A stretch of 61,856 nt of DNA, the filler included, from Pseudobdellovibrionaceae bacterium (GTDB taxonomy: Bacteria; Bdellovibrionota; Bdellovibrionia; Bdellovibrionales; UBA1609): NCBI GenBank assembly GCA_030591685.1. It is 5 parts of 5 records of this genome, joined end to end, with 100 filler letters (N's around TTAATTAATTAA, not from the genome) between each part and the next. Parts side by side here need not be neighbours in the genome. Positions count along the whole stretch, not along the records: positions 18,277 to 40,558 come from JAUVAX010000035.1; 4 more parts are not named here. The stretch is one strand, 5' to 3'. The translations under genes and the position numbers were made by a program. Below, one piece after another: positions 18,910-28,440 of this stretch (position 1 is its first letter; each line of letters starts with the position of its first letter). Under the pieces are notes generated by a model. That model was not told the DNA's origin. It saw only the letters and a program-made list of their open reading frames with translations, and did no database searches.

Positions 18910-20198
18910 TGAATTCGAAAGAGCTTTTTGAAAGATCACTAAGGGTTTCCCCAGGAGGAGTTCATAGCCCCGTGAGGTCATTTAAATCTGTAGGCAGAGA
19001 GCCGATATTTTTTTCAAGCGCTAAAGGGGCTTATATTAACTCTGTTGAAGGGGATAGGTATATTGATTTTTGCCAAAGCTTTGGCCCTAATATTTTAGGG
19101 CACAGAGACCCTGATGTACAAGCTGTGGTCAGTGAAATGATCGACAAAGTTTGGAGCCTAGGCGCGTGTGACCCCTACTCACTGGAGCTGTCTGAGTGGA
19201 TTATTGAGCGTCTTAATTTTATTCAAAAATTACGTTTTGTTTGTTCCGGTACAGAGGCGGTAATGAGTGTGTTGCGATTAGCACGTGCGGCCACTAAAAG
19301 AGAAAAAATATTAAAATTTAACGGATGTTATCATGGTCACGTTGATAGTATGCTTGTTAAGGCCGGTAGCGGGTTAGCTGGGGATGCCGCAAGTGATAGC
19401 GCGGGGGTATCAGAGCAAGTGGCAAAAACAACACTTGTTTGTGATTTAGATGATGATAAGGGCTTAGAAGAGGTTTTTAAAAAAGAGGGGGCAAATATCG
19501 CCGCTGTGATTATTGAGCCGTTGCCCGCAAATTTTGGGTTATTAATACAAAGAGAAGAGTTTATTGAAAAAATATTTACTCTGGCTCGTAAACATAAAGC
19601 TTTAGTTATATTTGACGAGGTTATTAGTGGATTTAGAGTGGGCCTAGGTGGGATGGCCGAAAAGCTAGGGGTTAAGCCAGATATTGTGACTTATGGTAAA
19701 ATTATAGGTGGGAGCTTTCCGGTGGGTTGTTATGCCGCGAGTGCTGAGTTGATGGATATGATGGCCCCTAGTGGGCCGGTTTATCAAGCGGGCACATTGG
19801 CGGCTAACCCTATTGGCATGTGTGCAGGTCTGGCTACGTTAAAAAAACTTGAGACCTGTGATGTGTTTAATGTACTTAATGAGAGGACGCACAAATTCAC
19901 ACAAAAACTTCAACAGGGGTTTGATGATAATAACTTAGATCTTTCTGTTCAGTCTGAAAGTTCTCTGTTTTGGATTCATAAAAAATCAGCTCAGAAAATT
20001 CGTAGCATTGAGCAGTTTTCTAAAGGGCATGCCGAAAGTTATAAGGGGCTTTTTAACGGAGCTTTAAAAAGAGGTGTTTATATGGCGCCCAGTGCATATG
20101 AGGTGGGGTTTGTTTCATATGCCCATACAGATGAAATATTATCTCAAGCGGCCGATGCGATCATTGATGCCGCAAAGGAAAGCCATGTACAAGCCTAA
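18906..20198 (+). CDS. hemL: Glutamate-1-semialdehyde 2,1-aminomutase
   Basis: [40 protein letters not shown] Lys in [18 protein letters not shown]. Confidence 0.95.
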   Translation: MMNSKELFERSLRVSPGGVHSPVRSFKSVGREPIFFSSAKGAYINSVEGDRYIDFCQSFGPNILGHRDPDVQAVVSEMIDKVWSLGACDPYSLELSEWIIERLNFIQKLRFVCSGTEAVMSVLRLARAATKREKILKFNGCYHGHVDSMLVKAGSGLAGDAASDSAGVSEQVAKTTLVCDLDDDKGLEEVFKKEGANIAAVIIEPLPANFGLLIQREEFIEKIFTLARKHKALVIFDEVISGFRVGLGGMAEKLGVKPDIVTYGKIIGGSFPVGCYAASAELMDMMAPSGPVYQAGTLAANPIGMCAGLATLKKLETCDVFNVLNERTHKFTQKLQQGFDDNNLDLSVQSESSLFWIHKKSAQKIRSIEQFSKGHAESYKGLFNGALKRGVYMAPSAYEVGFVSYAHTDEILSQAADAIIDAAKESHVQA

Positions 20199-21072
20199 GG
20201 GGTTTAAGTTTTCATTATTATTTGCAGGCTTGTGGCTTATATTCACATTAACGCTTGTTATTTGGTGGCTTGCAAAAGTTCTTTCTATATTAAAACAAGC
20301 GAAATCACCTTTAGGGATTTCGGGCTCCATATCAAAGCTTGAGAATATGATTTTATGGGAGGGCGTGTCTCTAGTTTTACTTATTATTGTTGGGGCGGTG
20401 CCACTGATTTACCTTATTAAAAAAGAGGCTTTCAGGGCCGAGAGTTTTAAACAGTTTTTTGCTCATTTTTCACATGATCTTAAAACATCAATAGCAAGTT
20501 TAAGATTACAAGTGGAGTGTTTACTTGATAATTTACAGGGCACAGATGAGGGGAACAAAAAACTTTTAAGCCGTATCCTTTCAGACACTAACCGATTACA
20601 ATTGCAGCTAAATAACTCACTTTATTTAACACAGTTAAAGACGCCCAAGTTATTTTTTGAAAAAATTAATTCAGCCGATTTTTTTGAAAATCTAACATAC
20701 CGGTGGCCTCATCTGAAGTTTTCAATTAATGGATCCGCTGTTATTGAGGCTGACAGGTACTTTTTAGAGAGTTTATTTAATAACCTTTGTCAGAACAGCA
20801 CTCTTCATGGAAAGGCCCGATCTGTAGATATAAAAGTATCTTCTGATGATGAAGGGTTTATAAAAATTATATTTAATGACGATGGGGTAGGCTTTAATGG
20901 TGAGGTATCAAGCCTTACTAAGCCTTTTTTACGACATGGAGTTACAAGTGGAAGTGGACTTGGTTTGTTTTTAATTCAGCAGCTATCAAAGGCCTTAGGG
21001 GGGGAGTTTGGGGTTTCTGACCCGAACCATGGATTTGAGGTTTTTATCAAATTAAAAGGTGTAGTTTTATGA
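20185..21072 (+). CDS. Sensor histidine kinase (two TM, short extracytoplasmic loop)
   Basis: Start reassigned to ATG 20185 (RBS AAGGA); two TM helices, H-box [10 protein letters not shown]-box NNLCQNS, DDGVG, GSGLGL. Confidence 0.88.
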   Translation: MYKPKGFKFSLLFAGLWLIFTLTLVIWWLAKVLSILKQAKSPLGISGSISKLENMILWEGVSLVLLIIVGAVPLIYLIKKEAFRAESFKQFFAHFSHDLKTSIASLRLQVECLLDNLQGTDEGNKKLLSRILSDTNRLQLQLNNSLYLTQLKTPKLFFEKINSADFFENLTYRWPHLKFSINGSAVIEADRYFLESLFNNLCQNSTLHGKARSVDIKVSSDDEGFIKIIFNDDGVGFNGEVSSLTKPFLRHGVTSGSGLGLFLIQQLSKALGGEFGVSDPNHGFEVFIKLKGVVL

Positions 21073-21749
21073 AAAAAATCCTCCTTGTTGAAGACGACGA
21101 TACACTTGGTGCCACACTGTCAGAAAAGCTTCAAGGTGAAGGCTATGAGGTCTTTTGGGATCAAACTCTAAGTGGAGCCCAAAAACATATTGATTCAATT
21201 GCATTTGATGTGGTTATTTTTGACCTGGGTTTGCCCGATGGGACGGGGTTTGATGCGGCCCAAGCACTTAAAGAAAGGTCAAAGGCTCCCTTTTTATTTG
21301 TTACAGCCCAAACTGATGCGCAGACTCGGCTTGAAGCCTTTGAGCTTGGGGCTGAAGAGTTTATACCTAAGCCCTTTCATATTAAAGAACTTCTTATGAG
21401 ACTAAAGCATGTTTTAGAAAACCATTTGCCGATACGTCAAATTATTTATGAGCACTTTCTCGTTGATCTTGATGGGCTATGTCTTGTGTTTAAAAGTGGG
21501 GAGAGAAAGGTCTTAGTCCCGAGAGATTTTGAAATATTAAAGTTTTTAATACATAAAGCACCATCTGTTGTTAGTCGTGACGAGATACTAAAAAAAATCT
21601 GGGGAGTAGAAGAATACCCCTCAACGAGGACGGTTGATAATTCAATCGTGAGGATTAGACAGACATTAGCCCCTTTTTCAGATGAGTACTTGCTATCTGT
21701 AAGGGGAGTTGGGTATAAATGGATAAACAACAAAGGGCGGCAGCATTGA
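21069..21749 (+). CDS. OmpR/PhoB-family response regulator
   Basis: LLVEDD, IFDLGLPDGTG, KPF, winged-helix SRDEILKKIWG..TRTVDNSI..SVRGVGY. Confidence 0.93.
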   Translation: MKKILLVEDDDTLGATLSEKLQGEGYEVFWDQTLSGAQKHIDSIAFDVVIFDLGLPDGTGFDAAQALKERSKAPFLFVTAQTDAQTRLEAFELGAEEFIPKPFHIKELLMRLKHVLENHLPIRQIIYEHFLVDLDGLCLVFKSGERKVLVPRDFEILKFLIHKAPSVVSRDEILKKIWGVEEYPSTRTVDNSIVRIRQTLAPFSDEYLLSVRGVGYKWINNKGRQH

Positions 21750-22768
21750 GTAGCGAAAGATTTCAAAATGCTTTAAGGGCAAAACCCCAAAGCACACCAC
21801 CGATTTGGTTTATGAGGCAAGCGGGTCGCTATCATGAGCATTATCAGCAAATGAAGAAAAAGCATACCTTTGTTGAACTCTGCAAAAACCCAGAGTTGGC
21901 AGCAGAGGTAGCACTTGGCCCCATTAGGGACTTTGATTTTGATGTTTCTATTATGTTTAGCGACTTACTCTTCCCCCTAGAGTCTTTGGGCTTTGGCTTA
22001 GAGTATTCTCCGGGACCTGTGTTAGATAAAAAACTAACCCCTGAGGTTTTAAAAAATTTAAAACCTCTAGAAGAAGCTATCGAAGGGGTCATGTTTCAAA
22101 AACAAGTAGCCCTTGCCACAAAAGAGATGCTGCCAAAAGATAAAAGTTTAATTGGATTTGTTGGGGGCCCTTGGACGCTATTTACCTACGCCATTGAAGG
22201 TTCACATAAAGCTCTTATGTGTGAAGTTAAAAATGACATGGATTTATTTGAGGCTTTTTGTGAAAGATTAATCCCATTTTTAATTAAAAACATTCAACTA
22301 CAGCTTGATGGTGGGGTAGAGCTTGTAATGATTTTTGATACAGCCGCTGGAGAGCTCTCTCCTGGGATGTATAACCAGTACATAGTCCCTCAGCTTGAAA
22401 AAATGATAAATGCTCATAAGGGTAAGCTGGGATATTATGGCCAAAAATTAACAGATGACCATTTGGCTCCAAAAATTAAAAGCCAATCCAGCCTTGTTGG
22501 TATTGGCGTGGATCACCGGTTTCAAATAAGTCGTGTACTGCAACAAAGAAAGTCAGGGTTTATTCAGGGTAATTTTGATCAAACATTATTATTTGCTCCG
22601 AGTGAGACTTTTAAAAAGTATTTATTAGAGTATTTGGCCCCGTTAAAAGAGTTAACAAATGAGCAAAGAGCGGGGTGGGTTTGTGGGCTCGGCCACGGTG
22701 TGTTACCTAAAACTCCTGAAAATAATGTCAGAGATTTTGTGCAAATTATTAGAAAGGAATTTTCTTAA
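21746..22768 (+). CDS. hemE: Uroporphyrinogen decarboxylase
   Basis: PPIWFMRQAGRY, FSDLL, LIGFVGGPWTL, QGNFD, LGHGVLP; likely TTG start overlapping the regulator stop (TTGA). Confidence 0.93.
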   Translation: MSSERFQNALRAKPQSTPPIWFMRQAGRYHEHYQQMKKKHTFVELCKNPELAAEVALGPIRDFDFDVSIMFSDLLFPLESLGFGLEYSPGPVLDKKLTPEVLKNLKPLEEAIEGVMFQKQVALATKEMLPKDKSLIGFVGGPWTLFTYAIEGSHKALMCEVKNDMDLFEAFCERLIPFLIKNIQLQLDGGVELVMIFDTAAGELSPGMYNQYIVPQLEKMINAHKGKLGYYGQKLTDDHLAPKIKSQSSLVGIGVDHRFQISRVLQQRKSGFIQGNFDQTLLFAPSETFKKYLLEYLAPLKELTNEQRAGWVCGLGHGVLPKTPENNVRDFVQIIRKEFS

Positions 22769-22771
22769 ATC

Positions 22772-23776
22772 ATGAAGGTAGCAGTGGTTATTGTAAATCT
22801 AGGGACACCTTCTGAGCTTACACTAAAGTCTGTGAAGTCATTTTTGTTGCAATTTTTGTTAGATCCGCTCGTGATTGATATCCCATACTTGTTTAGGCAA
22901 ATATTAGTTCGTTTTTTTATTGTTCCCTTTAGATCTAAAAAATCCCTTGCGGCTTATAAAAAAGTTTGGACTGATGAGGGGTCTCCGTTATTTATTGAAA
23001 GCAAGAAGTTACGTGATAAGCTGCAAGTATCCCTAGGGGACAAGGCCCATGTTTTTTTAGCTATGCGCTATGGGAGCCCAAGTGTTAAATCTGTATTAAC
23101 AGAAATTAATTATCAGTTGTTTGATAAAATAATTTTAATGCCTCTTTACCCTCAATACAGTTGGTCAACAGTGAGGTCGGCATTGAGGGAGTACTCCAAA
23201 GTTAAGAGGCAACTCAGTATTAAGGGTAAAACAAAGGTCATAGATGCGTACTATGACAAACCTAAGTACATTAGAGCTTTAACTGATAGTATGGATGATT
23301 ATGTCTCTGATTATGACCATGTATTGTTTTCTTTTCATAGCCTGCCTATAAGTCAAATAATAAAGCAAGACCAATCATCTCAGTGCTTTACAGAGCGCTG
23401 CTGTGAGGGCTCAGAGGGCTGTCAACGTCATTGCTACAGAGCTCAGTGCATTGCGACCTTTCAGCTCGTAGCGGAGCAACTCTCATTACTCCCTGAAAAT
23501 TGCAGTCTATCATTTCAATCGAGAGTGGGTAAAAAGTGGTTGTCCCCATTTACTGACGAGACTATTATTTCTCTGGCTCAATCAGGGGTTAAAAAATTAG
23601 CTGTCGTATGCCCGGGGTTTGCTACAGACTGTCTTGAAACTTTAGAAGAAATAGATATTGAGTGTAAAAACCTATTCCTCACTCATGGTGGCGAGGAGTT
23701 TAAATTTATACCTTGTCTAAATGACAGTGACTTTGCAATAGAGGCCTATAAAAAAATAATTGAACCGAGTTTGTAA
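22772..23776 (+). CDS. hemH: Ferrochelatase
   Basis: VNLGTP, AMRYGSP, PLYPQYS, FSFHSLP, SFQSR, FATDCLETLEE, IPCLND. Confidence 0.95.
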   Translation: MKVAVVIVNLGTPSELTLKSVKSFLLQFLLDPLVIDIPYLFRQILVRFFIVPFRSKKSLAAYKKVWTDEGSPLFIESKKLRDKLQVSLGDKAHVFLAMRYGSPSVKSVLTEINYQLFDKIILMPLYPQYSWSTVRSALREYSKVKRQLSIKGKTKVIDAYYDKPKYIRALTDSMDDYVSDYDHVLFSFHSLPISQIIKQDQSSQCFTERCCEGSEGCQRHCYRAQCIATFQLVAEQLSLLPENCSLSFQSRVGKKWLSPFTDETIISLAQSGVKKLAVVCPGFATDCLETLEEIDIECKNLFLTHGGEEFKFIPCLNDSDFAIEAYKKIIEPSL

Positions 23777-23811
23777 ATTATTAATAAATTTTACATTATA
23801 AAAGCTACTCG

Positions 23812-24456
23812 CTATTGATTCAAAGCCCCTGACTCAATCCAGTCGTTTATAATTTTAACATCCTAAGGTAAGAGTTGGATAGCCGTCGTGCCCATTCGCT
23901 CTCCAGCTGTGGGGTCAATAATTGTTTTATATAGTTGGCTGTTCATGGGGTCTCCAACGGTAACTAGACTCTTAATTTGCGTGTAGGAGCTCATTTGAGG
24001 ATTTTGATTACTATGACAACCCAGGCACTTAGAGCTTATAATTTCATTCACTTGAAAAAAGAAGACTTGGTCAACTCCTCCGGTTGGGGTCCCTAAAATC
24101 CAATTAGCAATACTGTCCTTGTCTGAATTTGTAATGCTTAGGGTGTCGTGGGGAGGGAGTAAGTCAATCATGGATTGATATAATAACGAGTTTTGCGGCT
24201 CGCCCATTACTAATACGGATCGACCGTCAATTTGTTGAGCTTCAAGGGTGGGAAAGTCTAAAATATCAGGTATTGCTGAATTTACGCCAGAACTCGGACT
24301 GTGACAAGAAGTGCATTTATCCTCAAGCACCTTACCGGCTAATGATGCGTAACTTTCAAAATATAGTTCAGCCTCTTCGTGAGAGGAACAGTTTTGAAAA
24401 TTGGTCAGTAGTATCGTGATTCCGATGATCACAGATAATAATTTAAATTCTCGCAT
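23812..24456 (-). CDS. Di-heme cytochrome c lipoprotein (planctomycete-type cytochrome domains); in-frame TAG at 23863-23865
   Basis: Lipobox-like TNFQN-C; CTSCH and CLGCH; each domain has GxPxNSxLY; the second domain's terminal helix IINDWIESGA lies after the TAG. Confidence 0.75.
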
Positions 24457-24473
24457 AATCGCACCCCTTAAAA

Positions 24474-26276
24474 CTAATTATTCAAAGCTCCATTACCTAG
24501 CCAAACTTTAATTCTCTCTCTTAGGTTCTCTCCATTGGCAACGGCATCTAATCCATTATCAGCGGGCATTTTTTTCAAGTAGTCGTACTCCCCAATGGGT
24601 GAGAGTCTTCGATACATATCACTAGTAATAAGTTCTTCGGGGACACGGGTCCCTAAAACACCATTAGGGGCCACCATAGAGTCAAAGTCAGTTAAGTCAT
24701 AATTGTTTTTAACTCTGTTATTATGACATTCTAAACAATGCTCAGTGAACACGTCTCGCATTAAGTTTTGAAGGTTAATCGAGTTAGGGTAGCTGTTGCT
24801 TTCCTGGTCGGCATCACTGGCAAGAATATTTAAATCTAAGCTGTTATTTACCCCTATTAGAGCTCCAGATACCAAGTCCTCAGAAAGAAACATTGATATG
24901 GTCTCTTGTGGTTCAAATCTACGATCATTAGAAATCATGACATCAAAATACTTTATTAATACTGGGTTCCCACTGCTGTCGACTTCACCTGGGATAAATT
25001 CAAGGCGATTATTTAGGACCTTATAATCCCAATTAAAATTATTAATAGATCCGACAACCTCATCTATAGTCACCCCATCATTAAAGGGCTTTGCGGTTCC
25101 ACTGTCAGCAGAGTTATTAATGCCCAGAGTCACTGTGATTTTAAACTCAGGGGGGGCACTTATGCGAATACCCACCTGAACGATTGTTTTAGGTTGAAGC
25201 TCTTCATCTTTAATGCCATCAAAGGGGTTTTCAGCGACTCCGGCCATAGAGGCAACAGTAAAATCAACTCTCACTGGCTGAGGGGGTCTATCTGTTTCGA
25301 CAAGTTCAATTTTTTCAAAAGAGAGGCTCATCACATCACTGGCATAAACTTTAGTTACAGCAATCATTGTCCCCGTTGAAAGTAAATCGGTGTTGGTGAG
25401 GTTCCTAAAGCGGCCATCCGTATCAGCAGCCTTCTCAGATGCCGTGACATATTTAATTATTTTATCTATGTAGGTGTATGTTGATTCATCAAGTATGTAC
25501 TCACCGTTAACTTTAACTCTGAGTCCTTTAATACGTACACCAAGGAGTTTATCATTATTTGTAGGGTCATCATCTGTGCCGGGAGTGCCTTTAGGGCCAG
25601 GGTCAAAACTTGTAAGATCTAAAGTGGGATTAAAAATTTCATAAAAGAGCTTGTCCTCAATACGACGAATTCTAACATCCATATGAATTTGAGCACCTGT
25701 TAAATTGGGTAGTTCTCCGTCAGTTGTTGAAATCGTATCTTTACCTAGGTTCCATGTAATGGTTGTTGTGGGGCCAATGAAGTCATCGCTGAGTGTAGGG
25801 TCAGCACTAATACCAATAGAGCGTGTGTCGATCCAACTTGTCAGGTCAACTTGAGGGCCGACACTAGTTCCACAGAGCGCCTCTTCAGAAAGAGCCTTCT
25901 CAAAACCCTGTTCAAACTCATTAATAATTACAGCATGTTTAGACCCAGAGTAGGGTGAGTTATGATTAGGATCGACTGCATATTTGTCCACCTTAAAGTA
26001 GCCAACGTTCATAAAGGCATCAAAGGCCACCTCAGTATTAGAGTCAGAAAAGGCACCCTTCCCTGTTCCGTTAGATGTATGGCAGGCTGCACAGTTTTGT
26101 TTGAGAAAGGGAGCATAAGTGCGTTCAAAGTAAGGACCAATGGCGCAACCCTTTAGACTTGATGAGTTTAGTTCACCACCCTCAAGGCCTGAATGCCTCG
26201 GTGAACAGGCATTAAAGTACACAGGCAAAAGCCCAGCGCACAGGGTGAGTAAAAATGTAAGTCTCTTACGGTCCAT
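24474..26276 (-). CDS. Di-heme cytochrome c lipoprotein with Calx-beta-like domain
   Basis: Lipobox VYFNA-C; CAACH near N-terminus; Calx-beta-like GTAK..DY..LEFIPGE..ISNDRRFEPQETI; C-terminal CLECH..KMP..IKVWLGNGA. Confidence 0.75.
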   Translation of the reverse strand: MDRKRLTFLLTLCAGLLPVYFNACSPRHSGLEGGELNSSSLKGCAIGPYFERTYAPFLKQNCAACHTSNGTGKGAFSDSNTEVAFDAFMNVGYFKVDKYAVDPNHNSPYSGSKHAVIINEFEQGFEKALSEEALCGTSVGPQVDLTSWIDTRSIGISADPTLSDDFIGPTTTITWNLGKDTISTTDGELPNLTGAQIHMDVRIRRIEDKLFYEIFNPTLDLTSFDPGPKGTPGTDDDPTNNDKLLGVRIKGLRVKVNGEYILDESTYTYIDKIIKYVTASEKAADTDGRFRNLTNTDLLSTGTMIAVTKVYASDVMSLSFEKIELVETDRPPQPVRVDFTVASMAGVAENPFDGIKDEELQPKTIVQVGIRISAPPEFKITVTLGINNSADSGTAKPFNDGVTIDEVVGSINNFNWDYKVLNNRLEFIPGEVDSSGNPVLIKYFDVMISNDRRFEPQETISMFLSEDLVSGALIGVNNSLDLNILASDADQESNSYPNSINLQNLMRDVFTEHCLECHNNRVKNNYDLTDFDSMVAPNGVLGTRVPEELITSDMYRRLSPIGEYDYLKKMPADNGLDAVANGENLRERIKVWLGNGALNN

Positions 26277-26297
26277 TAAAATACCCCTATAAAATTT

Positions 26298-27752
26298 CTA
26301 ACTGCTTCTGTTTCCAATTTTAATAATTTTATCTAAATCTGTTGAAGTAAAAAATCTTGGGATTACAGACTGAACTAAACTGAGCCTATTACAAAAAGCT
26401 AAGTAGTTTGCAAAAATCCCAGCTAAAGCTCTCTCAGGGTTTCCGCCCGTAATAAAGCTTTCTTCAGCGGACTGCCCTTCGTTAAAATACCCTAATTGAA
26501 AACTGTTAGACATAGGGGGGCCTGCTGGATCGTAGGCCATCATATATAGAGCTCCTCCACCACCTCTGTCAGAAGTCCAAATACCTCCGGCCTGAGAATC
26601 GGGTCCCGTAACGGCTCCATCAGTTGTTACAATTAAAAAGGCTTTTTTATTTAAAACTTGAAAGGACGACAGAACTTTACCGATCATCTCCCCCGCTTCA
26701 AGGTCACGCTGATCTCCTGTTGTGCGTGTCCCATTATGGTAGTCATAACCACCAAGGTTAATATTGGCCACTCCTGTTTTATTATTTAAAACGTTAAAAA
26801 CAATACTTGCGGACACAAAATCTCGGCTTCGAGTACTTGTGTTATTATTAATCCCCCAAACCGTTGCAAAGTCGGCATTACTTGTAGGGTTTAAATTAGA
26901 AGTATCTGCTCCAACAACATCTGCATTGGCCCCTGTCGCACACTGTATGAGTTTCCCCATTTCTGTAGAGCCGGAGGCCGAGGCCAGGTTTCTGACCTGA
27001 GAGCCTGAAAGGTTTTTAATAATTTGAAAAAGCTTGTTTTGCTGCCCAGGGTTTAAATTAGCGGCCAATCGACCGGTCACTCCTAAGGCTCCTGTTATGT
27101 CATTAAATCCAGTGACATTAATGGGTGTAGGGGGGGAGATAATGGCATGCATGTTTCTATTACGCCCTAAGTTGGGGAGTAAAAATCCATTACGGCCGGC
27201 CTTCTCCACCATGCCCTCAATGTTATATGGGTTTCCGGCGCTGTCGTCTCTTGTGCGCACACAGACTCCAACAAAAGCTGTATTAGCCATTGCAGTAGCC
27301 CCTTCAGTTTGTATACCAGTTAAAATACTCGACTGAGTACCGCCAGCGCCTCCATTTGTGTGAAAGGGGGCATTATTAGAAAAGGTCTGAACAATGCCGG
27401 GGGTTTTTCCTAACCCTAATTTGGAGTAACTCCCTAAAGGGTCCAATTGCCCGGTGAGCCCACCAATACCCTGGGGTACAAAGTTTGATGCGAGCCCCGC
27501 TCCGCCAGCAAGGTTTATGACAACTATGGGAACAAGTGCCGGATCGCCCCCTTGAGAACAAATGGCCTCTTGAGCATATGCCACATTATTATTTGCAAGT
27601 AATGAAACTATAGAAGGTACCGTCATGGTAGCTGTGAACTGTATGAGGCCAGCAGAGAGTAATTCACGTCGAGTCATGCTTTTAACAGATTTCTCGTGAA
27701 GCTGCTCAAAGGTTTCTCTTTTTTCGATTTTCTTATCAGTCTTTTTTTTCAT
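26298..27752 (-). CDS. Tat-exported DUF1501-like protein
   Basis: Twin-arginine MTRRELLSAG and AYA cleavage site; VINLAGG, GGYDYH, VTTDG resemble the DUF1501 L.GG / GGWDTH / SEFG blocks. Confidence 0.65.
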   Translation of the reverse strand: MKKKTDKKIEKRETFEQLHEKSVKSMTRRELLSAGLIQFTATMTVPSIVSLLANNNVAYAQEAICSQGGDPALVPIVVINLAGGAGLASNFVPQGIGGLTGQLDPLGSYSKLGLGKTPGIVQTFSNNAPFHTNGGAGGTQSSILTGIQTEGATAMANTAFVGVCVRTRDDSAGNPYNIEGMVEKAGRNGFLLPNLGRNRNMHAIISPPTPINVTGFNDITGALGVTGRLAANLNPGQQNKLFQIIKNLSGSQVRNLASASGSTEMGKLIQCATGANADVVGADTSNLNPTSNADFATVWGINNNTSTRSRDFVSASIVFNVLNNKTGVANINLGGYDYHNGTRTTGDQRDLEAGEMIGKVLSSFQVLNKKAFLIVTTDGAVTGPDSQAGGIWTSDRGGGGALYMMAYDPAGPPMSNSFQLGYFNEGQSAEESFITGGNPERALAGIFANYLAFCNRLSLVQSVIPRFFTSTDLDKIIKIGNRSS

Positions 27753-27779
27753 TTTATTCTCCCGAATAATTTTTACTCG

Positions 27780-28427
27780 TTACATTTCAATGGCGGATAA
27801 ACTAGCCAACATACTGGTACATGCAGTCAATACAATATTATGAGTAGCTGCAGGGCTGTTAGCATTTGAGTCCTGTGCCGCGATACTTAGAAGACCATCT
27901 ATTAGTATACCTGTTTCCTCTGATGTAATATTTCTCTGCCAACATGAGAGGGATAGCTTTTTTAGAACAATTTCTAAATCAGAATTAGACATACTCGACG
28001 GGCCTTCAGAAAAATTTATTGAGCTAAAAAACTGTTCTATGTTTGGCCTTGAAGAGTCTTGTTCAATTAAATCAGAGCACACCTCGCCGGCAACGGCAGC
28101 TATGCTCATCAGGGCTGGGCCTGTTACTTCAGTGGCATAACCGTACTCTGAAATATTTGTCTTTCGCACTTCAAATTCAGCAATGGTACGAGGGTCTACA
28201 TTTTTTAGGCCCGTGCAAGAAACCATATTGTTTAAAAACTGCTTTGCATAAACAACAGATGTTGTTTTAGCTCCAGATAATATTACGAAGTCTTCATCAC
28301 TCTCGCCACTGTTGAGCCCGACTAAGTTAGGGTCAGAAGACCCAAAGTTTCCGCACCCATGGCCGACCAGTAAAAACACAGTGCTGGCGGTGAGAAGTGA
28401 AATAAAAAATTTACTTTTAACTCTCAT
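27780..28427 (-). CDS. Hypothetical Cys-containing lipoprotein
   Basis: Lipobox-like LLVGHG-C; helical C-terminus with AGEVC, SCWQR, TACTSML; co-oriented in operon. Confidence 0.65.
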   Translation of the reverse strand: MRVKSKFFISLLTASTVFLLVGHGCGNFGSSDPNLVGLNSGESDEDFVILSGAKTTSVVYAKQFLNNMVSCTGLKNVDPRTIAEFEVRKTNISEYGYATEVTGPALMSIAAVAGEVCSDLIEQDSSRPNIEQFFSSINFSEGPSSMSNSDLEIVLKKLSLSCWQRNITSEETGILIDGLLSIAAQDSNANSPAATHNIVLTACTSMLASLSAIEM

Positions 28428-28440
28428 ATTCTTTCTCCAT

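Noticed and set aside
20074..20184. Longer N-terminus of the kinase ORF overlapping hemL by 125 nt
   Set aside because: ATG 20185 has an RBS and directly precedes the first TM helix; the extension looks like a shadow of hemL
23863..23865. Genome-wide TAG recoding or pyrrolysine as explanation for the in-frame amber
   Set aside because: TAG ends several genes at their natural C-termini in this window, and no pyl genes are visible
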